64,000 nt of DNA from Phoronis australis (lineage: Eukaryota > Animalia > Phoronida), in NCBI GenBank assembly GCA_002633005.1, contig NMRA01000101.1:620001-684000 (forward strand), read 5' to 3'. Below are positions 11,852-25,590 of this stretch, one piece after another; within the stretch, counting starts at the first letter, position 1, and each line of letters opens with the position of its first letter. A program made the position numbers and the translations under genes. The notes under the pieces are model-generated. The model ran no database searches and was not told the DNA's origin. It saw only the letters and a program-made list of their open reading frames with translations.

Positions 11852-14800
11852 CCATTGTTCAATGCTAGTCACTGATCTCTTGTGTTCAACCCATGACGTC
11901 ACATGGCGGGAAATGTGAAAATTGGCAAAATTGAAAGAAAAATAAAAATTTCGAGCTAATTACACAAAATAAACATGGGTTTAGCTAAATTTTACGTCAT
12001 ACATTTAGTCTGTGGCCACCGGTAATTCAAAATGTGCAAAATTCCATGGTGTGTACTGTTTAAGAGCTAAGTCATGGCCTTGTTCACATCTCAAGCTGAA
12101 ATAGTAGGATGAGGTGGTCTACAGTTTGGATGACCTATTCTTTCCATATTTAGGGCCAAGGTCGAAGTACTTCGGCGCTTTTTTCATGCAAAATGAGTTG
12201 AAAATGTAACGGACATTACACTCATGATTTCTTTTTTCGTGTGAATCAGTCTCACGTATCAATACGTCATTCGACCTGAGGAATGCCTCGTGGATTTTTT
12301 TTGACAGAAAATTTTTTAATCGCTCGAGTTTCAAAAGTTCAAACAGCGTGTGCAAAAGGAGCTTTAGCTTAGACTAATGTTATTGGCATCTTCAACTACT
12401 TAGATAAAATTGGTATGGTTGGTCATTCCTGGAATTTGCCGCGTGGTTGTCGACGGGTCCGCTCCGTATTTGTATTTTACTATTTCCCTTCGTATTTACG
12501 AGCGTGTATTGGCTAAATATCGAGCCCTGATATAACACGCAAATCGGAAAAATCGCTGCAGGTTTGCTCTGGAAAACTGCTGTAGTTTTACGACGCCGTT
12601 AAAGTTATGCCAAAATTTATAGTTTACCCAGTTAAAAGGCCAGCCAACAATGTGACTCTCTAAGACTACTGTAACTGCTGCGCTCATAAGAAGAAAGACA
12701 TAATATTCAGTTATTGTTAGCGATAAACCTTGCGCCTGTAAGTGAAATTTGTACACCTTAGAAAGGTTAACAAATTTTGAATTGCGTTTTCCGTGTTGCA
12801 GGTGTCATATGGGCAGCGTCACTGAGGTAAGTTTGGTCCCTGCGGAGCGCCAGGGACACCTGTCAGTAAGCACCTGTTAAAACAATAGAACTATACATTA
12901 CCCTTCCACAAAAAATTCGAAAAAACGGTACCTTGAATATTTCCACCCAATGATCTCCAGGTAGTGAATTATCAACGACTCATATTTTGGAAAAAGCAAT
13001 GACATTCTTGTCATTCAGATTTGATGGACATTCAAACTGTAATGAAATTGGCCACGTTTCATGACTTGTATTGGGGTTAGAATAAGTGTTTATTCGAGAA
13101 AGCAAAATTTAAATTTTTCTACTGCTATCAAGAAACTTCCTCCGATATAAAGAAAACCTGAGATGGCTCCCAAATTGCAACGGAACCTAGACATGGAGGC
13201 ATTGGAACGATCCAACATCGGGGCTCAAATATTTTGAGTCGAGGGTGCGTTGGAACGTGAGAACATAAAGACAGTGGCACATTGGACATGGATGATAACA
13301 GCAGTCTTCCTTACACGACTGGGACAGGTGAATTTAATCGGGAACTGTTGCTGTAGAGAATGTGCAGTAAGCTCCAACAAATACCACTAGACCCGAAAAC
13401 GGGTACATCACCAAGTCAGTTTAGTAAGGACCACTGATTTAGCAGCAGAAAGTTTAAGGCAAAATTAAATCATAAAATATCACTTATTGGAACAACGATT
13501 AGTAACATACTTAAATTCAAATTTTAAAAACATTCAACGATGGTTGCAAAATTTGTAATGGATATCAGTAGAACTGCCACGGGTACTAGTTTCATGTTTT
13601 CATAATTCTGTATGTTAGGTATGAACTGCACTTTCTCAACTTCTGAGCTGGTGATTGGCCGTAAAAAGCAGCATATAACGCAACCTCTTGCTAATCAGTC
13701 TTATATTAGGAGAGCATAATAATCTTTTTTAAAAAAATTCGGTGACTTTTCGGATATAAAATCGTGAAATAAAACTTCACGCCAAATTAGGGGAAAATGG
13801 TGTATGTCAATGTATAATCATCCAACTGGTATTTACTGACAGTCGTTCTTTTAGAGTAATAGTGCCTGGATCTGAACAAACTTTCAAGTTCACTTATTAG
13901 CTTAAGTGTTTGAAACAGTAATGTTGTTTCAATATAATCCATTTTGTTAACATATTGATCTTTCCTTAACAATTCATTATTCGCTTTAACTGATTTTTCC
14001 GTGACAAAAGCAAATGTGACGCTAAAATACGATCTTTTTGTTGTTGACTTTTACGGGCACAGATTTAAGATCATAATCAATCTTAAATGGATAAAAATGG
14101 ACTTATTTACATTACGACAGCACAGCAATGTAACAGCAAGCGCACAGGGAGATCTGGAGCGGGGTACGTACAACTGTTCCCTTCTGGGTTTGCTCCTGAA
14201 TTAAAACCTCTGTACGGACACTCCAGTTTGCGTTTACGACTTTCCGGGGTCGTACTGTCTGTCACTGGCATACCATTTCTCCCGAGTCGAAAAATAACCG
14301 AGGCAAAATATCAGATGTGCTCAATCTCAGATCACAAATAGGACTTCGTAGCTCGAAAATTCGGAAAGGTGTCGGAACACTTGCCGACATACATAGTTTA
14401 CGAAGATGCAAATGATTGTGTGTACATGTAGGACAAAGGCTTAGACATGCATTTTGCCGTTTAGTTGTCGCCTGAAAACCGAAAATTGAATTGGGTCTTT
14501 AATTATAATAAAATCGGAATCGTAATATTCCTTACCGTGACGGGCTTTCATTTCCGTTTTAAACCAAAGTTACAACCGGTGCCCAAATGCGTTATTTTGG
14601 ATTTCACAATTTCAGGATTGACCATTCCCAAACAAATCTGAAGCGTTTTTGGAGTCGCTAATGGCTTCCTAAATAAATATGGACCGTGCGTTTTAGTTTG
14701 TAAGGGTTTTAAACATAATTTGCCCAACCAACCAAAATTATTTGAGTTTTTCTGGACGGAGAAGTGCCCGCTAAATGTCACCTTTTCTGAGGACTTGGTT

Positions 14801-16227
14801 AATTTGGCCTTTTTACTTACTACACCTGTATAAAAGCTATCATGGACCTTTTCGGCCATTTTGTATGTAAAATCAACAGCAATTCGGAAATGGTGACCCA
14901 CTGAGCAAGTTACAAAAATGTCAACCGATCCGAGTTAACCCATGTTTCCTCGCTTTTCACCCAACAGGTTTCTCAGTTCTTATAACTGGATGTCGTGAGA
15001 CAGGGGACCCCAGCTTTTCAGTCCCACTGTCAGTAAATAACATTTTGTTTTTTATACTCGCTGTTCTTTCGATGCACAAAAATGTTGGTTACAATTTCAG
15101 AAGATATGGCATGAATGATACCAGCTAAGTGTTTCATGTTGCCAGTAGAACCGTTTCTGAATAAAGTTTATACTTAAGTTAAAGCGTAAAGTTGCCATAT
15201 TTAAGAACCACTGTGTGCAAGTCTAAACAATCAACTAAAAGAAAACGATTTGACGAGAGTATAAGATCTAATTGAATGTTTCTTTTATTCAGCTAAACGG
15301 GGCGAAATGCAGCTTTATAAACGCCAAGAAAACCCGCCAGTTAAAGGGTACGGCAAGTTATCACCAACAGATGATAGCATAAATCTGATTTTTATCTGAA
15401 AACTTATACTTAAGTTAATTATTTGAAAGAGCGTCATCGACCAGCTTGTTCTTTTCCTGTCCAAGTGTTGGTCTCTGTGCCCAATTAGATGAACAGTTAA
15501 GCGGATGTGATACACGCTGTTGAGGTAAAGAACATTTCATGAAACCGATTTCATGAGAGGAAATTCCCGATTCGATTTCCGTTTTAAGCAACTAAACGTC
15601 GAAATCCAGCTTTAAGTTGCTAATTCCGCACTTCCTAATATGATATCTCTTGCAGTGTTGCTTCTCAAAGACCCAGGACATTGTTCTTCTGCGAAAACCC
15701 TGTGTGCATTCATCAAAGTGGATCTTTCAAATTGAGCTTAAGGTATTTCTAAGTCGTAATAGATTATAGTGCCTGATAGGAAGTTTTACTATTTGCTCAT
15801 TTTTTCATGAAAAGTCGTTTTACACCAAGGCGTTTGGTGAAATCTCCGCACTCGAGATTAGACTTGAAAACCACATGACACGCTTCGAGTAAACTTAAAA
15901 AATTGCACATGCACTTGACTCATGCTGTGTGGTTGGTTAAACCGAGTCGGGTCTGAGTTCAGGTCTCTTAAACTGTCAATTAGTCAAGTTTCTCTGCACT
16001 TCATGTTTGACACACAGTTTCATATGTTCAATAATTTCACATTCTCCTATAAATAAAGAGAATTATTATTTGTTTCACATACTTGTCAGTACCAGTCTTG
16101 CCTCTGCCCTCTCCTTATTAAAGGGTTCCTGTTTCCATTGGGCGCTGTTAGAGATATCGCACCTAATCAATGTATAAGGTTCAACTTGGTTTAACTCCAT
16201 CTTAACAAGTGGATTGGTGGTTTAATC

Positions 16228-16408
16228 ATGCTATTTATTTGCGGGATGCAACTGAAGAGAATTCGTTTCTCATTCATGGCTAGAGGGAGGATTTTTGCAT
16301 TTACTACCGTAATCCTAATTTTGTTATTTCATACTTGTGTCTACTACAGTGAGAATGCCACGTTTTCTGGTGGGATTGTTGACGTCACGTGTGTTCAGTT
16401 GAGCCAAG
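16228..16408 (+). CDS. Putative first coding exon (signal peptide) of the host gene, probably tectonic-family
   Basis: MARGRIFAFTTVILILLFHTCVYYSENATFSGGIVDVTCVQLSQ has a hydrophobic leader; donor AAG|GTACGC, phase 1. The start ATG is ambiguous (16228, 16246 or 16276). Confidence 0.55.
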
Positions 16409-16746
16409 GTACGCATTGATATGTTCAAAGCCAATTTGAGGTGTATGAAATACTAACACCATTACGACTCCCAATCTCACTAACCTTGACAACTCTAACA
16501 TTATCCCAAAATATTAATTATAAGCACGTGTATAGGATATATAAATATATATTAATTCAACAAAAAGTGTTTCACTTAAGTTCGCAAATTAATTGAGAAA
16601 TAATTTGCAGTGTTGTTTGAAGTAAACCTTTAAAAGAATCAGCGTTAATATTTCGCTTAGATTCAAGGAATTAGGAATGGAGTAGAAAAGCTTTTGACTT
16701 GTATTCTATTTGCTGAAAACATCCTTGTTATTTTGATTTACTTCAG

Positions 16747-16811
16747 CTGCTGATAAATTAGTACTTCGCCTGAAGCCACGCTCAGTGCCAATCGGAAAAA
16801 GAGACATAACA
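16747..16811 (+). CDS. Putative exon 2 of the host gene
   Basis: TTACTTCAG| ... |GTAAGT; continues phase 1 as AADKLVLRLKPRSVPIGKRDIT and ends in phase 0. Confidence 0.55.
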
Positions 16812-17917
16812 GTAAGTTTTGTCAGCCAGGTTAAGATCTACAGAACGTTAAGTTTTAATAAATTCGACGTTTTTGAATTGTGAGTGTATTAATTTGGTTT
16901 TATATGTATTTAAAATGGCGATTGATCAACCAATTTCTTATTTTTCTCAAAGTATTGTTTATAGTTTTTTAGGGTCTTTGTATTCTCATTGTTATCCCGT
17001 GCTTTAAGATGCATTGTCGCACTTGACGTATGTCCTTGCCCCAGGCACAATGCTTGTCGTCAACATCGACAAATATTGTTGCTTGGGCAGCGATATATGT
17101 CAGGTGTGACAATATTTGCAATAAACACCCCCACCCATTGTCACTTCCCAATATGGTGTTGAAAGTTATTCTTGATACCAACTTTTTGACATGTAAGAGG
17201 ATTCAAAGTCGGAGGGAGGCCTAGGAAATTGTAAACGAGCCAAACCAAGGTTTTAGTATGTCTTGGAAGGATGAGTGATGATGCTGACCACTCCTGACGC
17301 CAGCCTTGTTTGATTTTGCATATATTGACATTTGGGAAGATAAAAACGTATTTTACTCTCTTTCACTTTCGGTTGCCTTAGTGCTCGAGCTCTGGGTCCT
17401 CATTCCGACCCCCTGAAACACCCACCTTATCTACCGGGAAGTTCGTGGAAGTTTGGATTTGCCCTTACCTTCACCTAGGCCTCCACGCAGTATCGCGTAG
17501 GCCATGCAATTTTGCTTTAAGATGGACACTTTCAGGGAGCGACAGTATGCGCCACCACGTGACAGCACATTCTTTCTGGTAATGGTCGGATATAACTACC
17601 TGAATTTTTGAGAATCAGTTGTCGCCACTGAATAACAGACCTCAAACTCATGGGCTGCGCAACACTGAAAAAAGTGGAGGATATAGCCCCCCCCCCAACC
17701 CCCTATGGTGCGCTGCCCATGAAACCGTTACTCAAAATACGGGCACGTCGCATTCTATACATACTGTCACCAACCGGGGCTGACAGTATGTGTGTGGTGC
17801 GACACTCTGAACCCCCGGTCGACAATGTTATGGATGTGACAATGTGCAGTGTATGTCAACAACATCCCGTCTACTGTTAACGGATGATTAGTATCCCAAA
17901 CCACGCTAATCCTTTAA

Positions 17918-18310
17918 AGCCTAACTTCAATGGAATTTTGTTATTTTAGATGTATTGGGCTAAGCAGTTACTCCTAGCAAAGCCGTAAAATAAGAAAACG
18001 CAAGTGTAAGCCCCTAAAATGATAGGTGAAGCTACATTTTCGTGCCATGCTGTGTCACCGCGAGATCACAAACAACAAAAGACCCCAATAACAGTTGTAT
18101 TGAATAGGAGTCTTTACAGAACACCATTGTGTGCGTGTGTTATTCGCAGCTGTTTGATTTAAAAGGTGATTCTCGCCGTGACGTAGACAAAAGCAAGCCT
18201 ATACCCCTAACAGTTCGTTACATTTGGCAAATATGACACTGGTGGGCTCAGAGCGAACATAGGCCTACTGTAGGAACAAAATTTACAAGTGTTACCGTTG
18301 AAGGTAGGCT
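17918..18310. mobile_element. Kolobok-type MITE, TTAA TSD
   Basis: TTAA|AGCCTAACTTCAATGG...CCGTTGAAGGTAGGCT|TTAA. Confidence 0.7.
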
Positions 18311-20699
18311 TTAAGAAAAATAAGTTACGTAACCTCTTCACTTTCCCGCCACTACTTTGTAACCCATGCAGAATCTCCCAATTCCATTTACGTGACGGCA
18401 GATGTAAATTTCAAATAAAAATGTACGCAGTAATGGAGAAGTGGTGACGGACCTGATGAAGAATAGCTCCACCAGATTTTAAAGTGTTTCATCAGCTTCT
18501 GCATTGACAGACCGGCAAGACAGTCCACGAGCAAAGTTCCGTGACGTGATGCCCAACTCTCAGCAGCACTAAGGCGCGAAATCAATTTAATCGTAACCAG
18601 TCGTCAAAAATTGGACGACACTTTAAACATGTGGTCCGAGTTGCGTAAAGCTTCAAAAGTTATCCTCTGAATATGTTTGATTGTTGCATGACGTCAGGTG
18701 GATTATTCAACAATAACAACGTCACGCGTGATAATGCGACGTCCTTGTTGCTATACGGCGTATAACTTTTGTGCAACTGGACCCTGCTTTTTAACCCGTG
18801 TCAAATTCATGCATTCCACGGTCAAATTCAAGTGTTTCATGGCGTTTCGAACTCCTGCGACCGTGACCTTACCATTCCTGATTTTACTACACGGAACGTG
18901 ACACGTGCGTTTTTACTGGCATACAAAACGCTAGCCGTCGAATCTTCAGCTTTCATTGACTAAAATACCCATATTTGCGGCTGCAAAAATTCTCCTTCTC
19001 GGGATTTCTGATAGGCCTTGTCGTGTCGTATATTCGGTCTACACTCGATCAAAACTGTCGAGCAATCAACCGTAAATTCAAAGTGCAAACTCACGAGGCT
19101 AGTCCTGTGAAATCTCTGGTCGCAAGCTCCAACACTAGAGCTCTTGCTAGAAAGCAAGCAGTATTACATATGGAGAATCTTGACAAATCCCCTTTTGTAT
19201 GACCTACATTCTTTAGCAGCCGACGTCACACGCATGGCGTGTGATTTGCCAGAGGTCATGAGAGTTCATGAACCAGGAAGTGTATGTTCGCGATGAGTGT
19301 ACCCTCTGACACAGCGCCACCTACACTGAAAAGTGGCCCTGTGGAAACATGATGAACGGCACGCAAACGCGACCCAGTCGCAAAATAACCTGTTTTTACT
19401 CTCGCGACATCTAGCGACCAGATAGCGTATTTGATGACATGCGCGTCAATAGTCTTCACAAGTGGAGGAGCATTTTGTACAAGAAGTAAACTCTTGCGAT
19501 GGAGGTTTTGTTTTCGAATTGCACGAAATGAGGGATTAGTCAAGTAAGAGTAATTTAAATAAAGCTGTTGAAGGATGAACGGAGTGTTTGAGCGGCTGCA
19601 TTTAAAACGTAATGTCGCAAGATTTGAACAGTCGATAGTATCAGCGAATACTAATTTATTTTTTGTGCACTCAACTTGCTGCACTGCAGTGAGTTGTATT
19701 CTTTGATAATTTGTAAAAACTAAAGGTGTAAACGAAAATAGTTCAACTGCATGGCATTTATGCTTATGATATAACTCGCACATTGCCTATTATTACCTCC
19801 GAGATAAGTAAATGGCTTGTAAGATGCACCCTTTACATATTAATCAGTCTTGCACAGTCGGTCACAAAGTCGATGTTGTTGCATTACTACAATGTTTTGT
19901 CTAATTGACACTGCATGGTTGTCAAGACTTGGGTTTGAAACACCATGTTCACCTCATTGAATTTTTCTATGCCCTAATTACATGCAGTGCAAACATAAAT
20001 CAATTTGCAAATGTGAGGAAGTTGCGGTGCAAATTCCAATGATTTCTGAAGATGTTTCTTTAGTCCAGGTAGTTCTTGTCGGTAATGGAAATGTAAAGAT
20101 TATTACATAAACATTTCATCAGCGTAAACTGAGGTCTCATTCCATTTTCATTTTCTTTCAGATAAATAGTGCGCAATGAAGCCTAAAATCAAAAGTAGAA
20201 TGTAGGCTATTTCAACATTCTGAACACCACAAAACTTAAATTGTAACATGAAATATTGTATTTACCATAAGAGAAAACAACATAGAATTTGTAATTTGCA
20301 GTTGACTCATTATATTTTACATTGCTTCATGAAACATAAATACCATCATTAAGGACCCGTATTTCTAGACATATAATATTAGCATTGATTAAACTTATCT
20401 TTCAAAGCAGGCACCTGCAGAATAAATGAAGTCTCAAACATCTGAGGAAGAATAAAAATTAAATCTGTTTGCTGTTGTGATTAGTTGATAAAATTACAAA
20501 ACGGATACCTATAATAGTAAGTTAAAAGCCAAGATCAGAAACAGACGACGCATTTGAGCCGCATAATGCTGGACAAGGCATATTTTACACAAGGTATATT
20601 AAATGTGAATCAGACATTGAGAATCATCAACAGTTGAGCACAATAAAAATGAATAGGTGTCTAGTTCTTTGAAGAGGTAATTATCTAAAGTCATTCATT

Positions 20700-20900
20700 T
20701 GATTGTATGATGGAGTCACACCTTAGACAAAACCATTCCACCTCAGGGGGAGGTGGATTGTCCTCAGTAACATTAGCACATTTAAAGTGAAACCGGTCGT
20801 AGCACTTGTCACATTGAATGGATGATTCAGTTACCTCATCTGGGTCCTTAAATTCTAATTTTCAAACGGAACAGAAGAAATGTTTCAGGCTTGTTTTTGA
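20700..20900 (-). pseudogene. PHD finger of the MULE polyprotein
   Basis: FCSV*KLEF..SSIQCDKCYDRFHFKCANVTEDNPPPPEVEWFCLRC matches C4HC3; the second Cys position is a TGA stop. Confidence 0.85.
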
Positions 20901-21341
20901 CCTATACTTTGACGGTTTAGAGGAAAGTTTATGCTTTGCAATATTTGCCAAACCAGTTTTTTGGAATTCGACAAGTCTTGTAGTTTTTTTAATAGGAAAG
21001 TGAGACATACGAGACAAACAAGCATCATTTTCCTCAAATGTAGAAGCTGTGATGGATTGCTCTTTGAGATGGTTGCGGAATTCTTGGAGATTTTTGAAAA
21101 TACAATTCACCCCTTCTTTATAACAATACATGCATCTTCGTTTCCTATGCTTGCACTGAATGTGTTTGCTCAGGCCATCCTCATTAGTAAAACAGAATGG
21201 TGTTTTAGCACCTTCTAAGATGCATGTGTTGCATACCTGTAATTCGGAAAGCACATTTGGCACTGGATCATTACAGGAAGTTTTTTTTTTTACAATTTTG
21301 ACTATAATTTTGTGACAGCACAGGCGGTTCACTTGATATGT

Positions 21342-21568
21342 CTAACGAAATGTTAGGGACAGCCAGTGCTTGTGAGCTATTTTCAATTTTTCTTTTTTTG
21401 ATGCCAGAATGTCTCTTCCCATTGCTTTCAATCCAGACTGAACAAATTGGTTAACATTTTTCCTTTTACACGGCCTCTTGGTTCTCCGCCCACAGAACAC
21501 TTCCTTAAACTTGTCTTTGGATGGCAAAATAGGAGGGTAAGGATCATAATTAGATTCAACATGTTCTG
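21342..21568 (-). pseudogene. HMG-box-like segment of the MULE polyprotein
   Basis: KRPCKRKNVNQFVQSGLKAM..KEKLKIAHKHWLSLT resembles the HMG-box pattern PKR..N.F.....K.....W..L. Confidence 0.55.
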
Positions 21569-22785
21569 GGCCCGGTCTCTAATCTTTGTACCCGAAACGA
21601 ACTCGAAACTATTTTTGGCAATTTCTCTGCTCCTTTTGTGCTAACTTAAAGGAGAATGCCACCCAAAAAACAACCTATTTTGTATCAATTTAGATCGATT
21701 AGTTCTACTCCATAACGGCACGTTCGGTTGCGTAACCTGACACCTGACGGTAGACGGAGGTGTTAAAATTATCCAATGACATAATTGGTTTTCACACGCA
21801 GTCTGTTCAGCAGTTCACAAAATGGGTTACTGGTGTCAGCTTATCGCTTGAATTCATCGTTTAACACCAATAAATCATTAAACTTCTATGTAAAACCCTT
21901 AAAAATACACTGAGTTCTTATAATAACGTGTTGTTTTATTTCGCTGTTACGGATTTACTGGTATTTGGACAGAACGTAGCCTACAAAGTTCGGCAGGCCA
22001 ATTTACCAAGGTCCGTTGCAGGAGTTTGAGGTCTGTTCGGAGATAAATTCGAAGTATTCTTCCGTGAAATATAGACAGGAGAACCTAGACCTGTTTTGTT
22101 TATACTTGTGATTTTTTACACAAAACGCTTGTTATCCCGGCCGGTGGCTCGGCGGAACACGATCAGACCTGTCGCGGCCGGAATGACTCGTTATCCCGGT
22201 CAGTGGCTCGGAACCTGATCAGGCCCGTCGCGGCCGCCGGGGCTGGCAAGAACATAAACCAGCTTGAGTTGGAAACTAAGTCTCCAGTCACGAAAAGACT
22301 ATAAGAGCGAGCCAAAGAAATAATGTGCACGTAATTATTTATGTGAATTAGTCACGAAACTGAAAATCTACTTACTTGTCGGGGGCCGCGAAATCGGGTT
22401 CCCCTTCCACAGACCGTCAGGGCAAAGGTTGTTGATTTGAATAATGTATTTTAATTTTGTATTTCTAAATAAAGAGTCCCCTAACATGTGACCATAGCAT
22501 ATAAAATCGAGTAATTGTTTCACAACAGCTTTCTGTCAGCAACACTGAATTAGCATGTGCTCACACGGCCTCGGTGCCCGGTCAATTACCTTTGTTGCCG
22601 GCATCAAAAGCCGGTAACGCAGTGGTTTATTCACTGCTGGCTTCTCAAAACATTTGCACTCACGAGCACTCCAAGGCATTACAAATTGTATCTAATGAGA
22701 CAGACTTTGTTTCAGTTTCATATAAGCATTGGTTAGGATGAGAATAATTGATTTTGAAACAGAACGCAGAATAATAAACGTCTAC

Positions 22786-22950
22786 ATGGCAAGTCGCCGG
22801 GAGCCAATCCCGACTTAGTCAAGAGCTCATCCGACGAAGACTTCACGGGTCGGATCGTTAGGTTTCACACGTTATCAATTCGAACCGGAATACACTGATC
22901 AAGATCTAGAAATACTAGAGAGGCGCTGTGAACATGCACGGGCAACGGAA
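22786..22950 (+). pseudogene. N-terminus of a Kolobok accessory protein (KolX-like)
   Basis: SSDEDF../GFTRYQFEPEYTDQDLEILERR; the acidic YxFEPE N-terminal motif is typical of the Kolobok second ORF. Confidence 0.55.
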
Positions 22951-23204
22951 CGTATGGATAGTTCTTTGGTAAGCCTGAATTCGTCAGAGAAATCACTGTC
23001 GGCGAAATGCCGGCCACTGACACGGAGGTGTTTCACGGCCTCATACTTGATATTAACAGCGTACCTTTCATTCTTCATTACCGCGAGCCACTTCCTAAGC
23101 ATTTCGGGCTCTCGAGGAAGTCGAAAAAACGATATACACGCTTTCTTCGCAGCTGCATAGTTCGGACAAGCGGGAATCATGCACTGCAATATAGCGGCAT
23201 TCAC
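22899..23204 (-). pseudogene. THAP domain (N-terminus of Kolobok transposase)
   Basis: CMIPACPN..SFFRLP....RKW....LRVSGRHFADSDF is a THAP C2CH pattern with the third Cys degenerate. Confidence 0.85.
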
Positions 23205-23679
23205 TCTGCAGACGAACCACTGACGTCGCTGCGTCGTTTCTCACCTTCCTCACAGGTTAACGCGACACCTCTTGGCAAGGTGAGGTCGACCGTATAAGAG
23301 ACGATGGGAATATAGACCGATTAAGATGGTAAAAAAGACTCATTAAATCGGGTGGCATTCTCCTTTAAGATAATTGGTTATCAGACTGTGCTCGAATACA
23401 TTATAGTTTATGCATAGGAGTTTCTAGTTCAAGTTTGCCCTTGAAGACCCTTATATTCGTGCTACAAACTTGATTAAAAGCTCGAAATTTCGAGTTCAAA
23501 CTCGAACTTATTGCTTTGATATTGGGTTTACAAACTGTGAACTAAGGGCAGTAAATTATCTACGTAAGTTTTTATGTACTCGAGCATAGAATAATAGACA
23601 CTTATCTTGAGTTCGCCCAAAAGTAGAGTAGAAAATGCCAAATCTAATTTCGAGTAAAAAGATTGGAGACCGGGCCCTG

Positions 23680-25590
23680 ATAATGGTTTCATTTCAGGTA
23701 ATGGTCCACATTTTCTTCTATACCCGAATTTGTGTGGCATTACTTTGGCTGGTCTCCCTGAAGAAAATTTGTTGCAAATGTAATCAGTGTGTAAAACAGA
23801 TAGGAGTGTTCCGTTCGCCTGCAGCTGTACAAAATCGTCATCAGATATTTCATGACAAATTGACCTTAAATTATCAAACCATAAATCAGAAGTACTTGCA
23901 GTGGATGGGTGTTTGAGGTAGGAAGACAAGTAATCTGGAATATGAGGCACAGTACTCATATACAATTCATATAATTTGTTTTTGCCCTTTTCATGGTTTT
24001 TGAATGATAACACAGCATACAGATGTTTACAAAAATATGGTTGCCCTACCACAATAAATGACAGACAAGTGCAAGTGCACAAATGAATGTTAGAAACATA
24101 GTTTTGGCCAGCCAACAGAGGGTGATACTCTTGAGGGATGTAAAATTTGGTCTTTTCTCTGTCAATTTGAAGCAACATTCCCAACAAATCCTTATTGGTT
24201 CTATTAACTGCAGCATCTGCAGTATACCCATGTTCAGAAATGCTAGTTTGTGACGCAGAATGACTGAAAGTAGAAAACGTGTGAATTATTCTCAGAAGAC
24301 AATTCTGCATCATTCGTAACATTTCTGTTTTTCGTATCAGTAAATACTTTCACTGCATTCACTGGAAACCAAGTACCATCCGCCTACAACAGACCTAACA
24401 TCACTAATATTGAAACTCCGTTAAATGGTATCCATTGACTTTGATTTATGATTGCTTTTCTGCTTTTCTTTGTGCGACTCCATTGTGTGTACAGTACTGC
24501 TTCACGATTTAAAATCGAAGAAATTACAACATTCACAAAGTGGCTCATTTTCCTGTTACACCGACTCTGAAGATCTGATTCTTGAATTTCTTTAAATTTT
24601 CTCTCAGTTATAATATCCGTCAAAATAAGGGGGTTTCTCTTCTCTTCATCTGAAACCAAATATAACACGGAAGATGTATAGGTATCGGTCCACATGCAAT
24701 CAAACCATTGATTATCTAAATAGTGAAAAAAATCCAAACTTGTGGACAGCATTACGGATTAAAGTGGCTTTGTCATGTTGAATTATGGGTTTAAAGGGTT
24801 CTGCTAAAGCACAGGGTCGTAACCAAAAGAAACCATTACCATCATCATAAACATACAATCTTTTGAAATGGGGACATGTTGGATCAGAACATGGCACATT
24901 GGAAGCAATTAATTCCAAAGTTAAAAGCACCGAGGCTTCATTTTCCACATTACAAATGGAGACTGCCCCAATTCTCCCTTTACGATTACTGTCGCAATAT
25001 GTTAATATAGCTGTCTTAAATCGTACAGATATAAAATCATGTTTCACATCAACTGACCCATGTTTCCGTAAGCACAACAAATTTTGTTTGCTTGCTAAAA
25101 CTATATGATAGTCTCTGTTCAAATCCTTATTTCCACGTTGAAAAAAGCACCGACTCATAATTACCCTCAACAAATTTATCTGTGTCCCTCCAATCAGATT
25201 TTATCTCCCTCACATCTCGCTTACACATAGCTAAAGCTATTTAATGCTTATCTGCTACCCTGGTACGCTTTGCAACTTGCCCCTAAGTATGGTAATGTGT
25301 GGTGTTGTTTCCAGACCCAAAGTTTACGGAAATGGCACGTAAATTTGTTGACCGGATACTCTGTGCAGATAATTTACATTCAGATCTCATTCTGTCCCAG
25401 GTAGTCGTTGTGCTAAGTGAGGGTTTCCTTTGAACTTGGATGGGTTGGCTATTGTGGTATTTGTGGTTTTTATTACTTGCATATATAGTGTACGTTTCCA
25501 AATTTGAGCTATTGATTGCAAGCTTCAATTGCCATTTGCATTTAACATGATCATGTTGAATAATTTCTGATTGATCTATAGTTGCCACTC
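23680..25590 (-). pseudogene. MULE DDE transposase with upstream WRKY/FAR1-like finger and downstream SWIM finger, frameshifted
   Basis: KCKWQLKL..NHKYHN; SVDVKHDF (D1); IIQHDKATLIRNAV (D2); FFHYLDNQW; LTDIITERKF (TNNxxE-like E); CTCTCLSF....YFCKHLYAV (SWIM CxC..CxH). Confidence 0.8.

Larger units (their letters stand above)
21650..23364. mobile_element. Kolobok internal-deletion derivative, TTAA TSD
   Basis: TTAA|AGGAGAATGCCACCC...GGGTGGCATTCTCCT|TTAA; carries a THAP remnant and a KolX-like remnant. Confidence 0.9.
21569..23676. mobile_element. PIF/Harbinger-like MITE (CTG TSD) inserted in the MULE ORF and itself interrupted by Kolobok
   Basis: CTG|GGCCCGGTCTCTAATCTTTGTACCCGAAA...TTTCGAGTAAAAAGATTGGAGACCGGGCC|CTG. 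Removing it restores the frame KPLS-EHVESNYDPYPPILPSKDKF. Confidence 0.8.

Noticed and set aside
11213-11918. Five ~200 aa ORFs in the ORF track
   Set aside because: They only span the N gap.
11852-12380. Possible Helentron-like 3' end (GCTTTAGCTTAGACTAAT)
   Set aside because: The other end is lost in the gap and the evidence is too thin.
12802-13320. 25 nt exon-like segment with good splice sites and downstream Trp-rich frames
   Set aside because: It cannot be linked to a gene, and the downstream frames contain stops.
19256-19783. 175 aa - strand ORF
   Set aside because: It crosses the MULE TIR and TSD into flanking DNA and has no recognisable motif.
23528-23676. C-terminal part of the 264 aa ORF (GPGLQSFYSK...)
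   Set aside because: Read-through into the inserted MITE, not part of the MULE protein.
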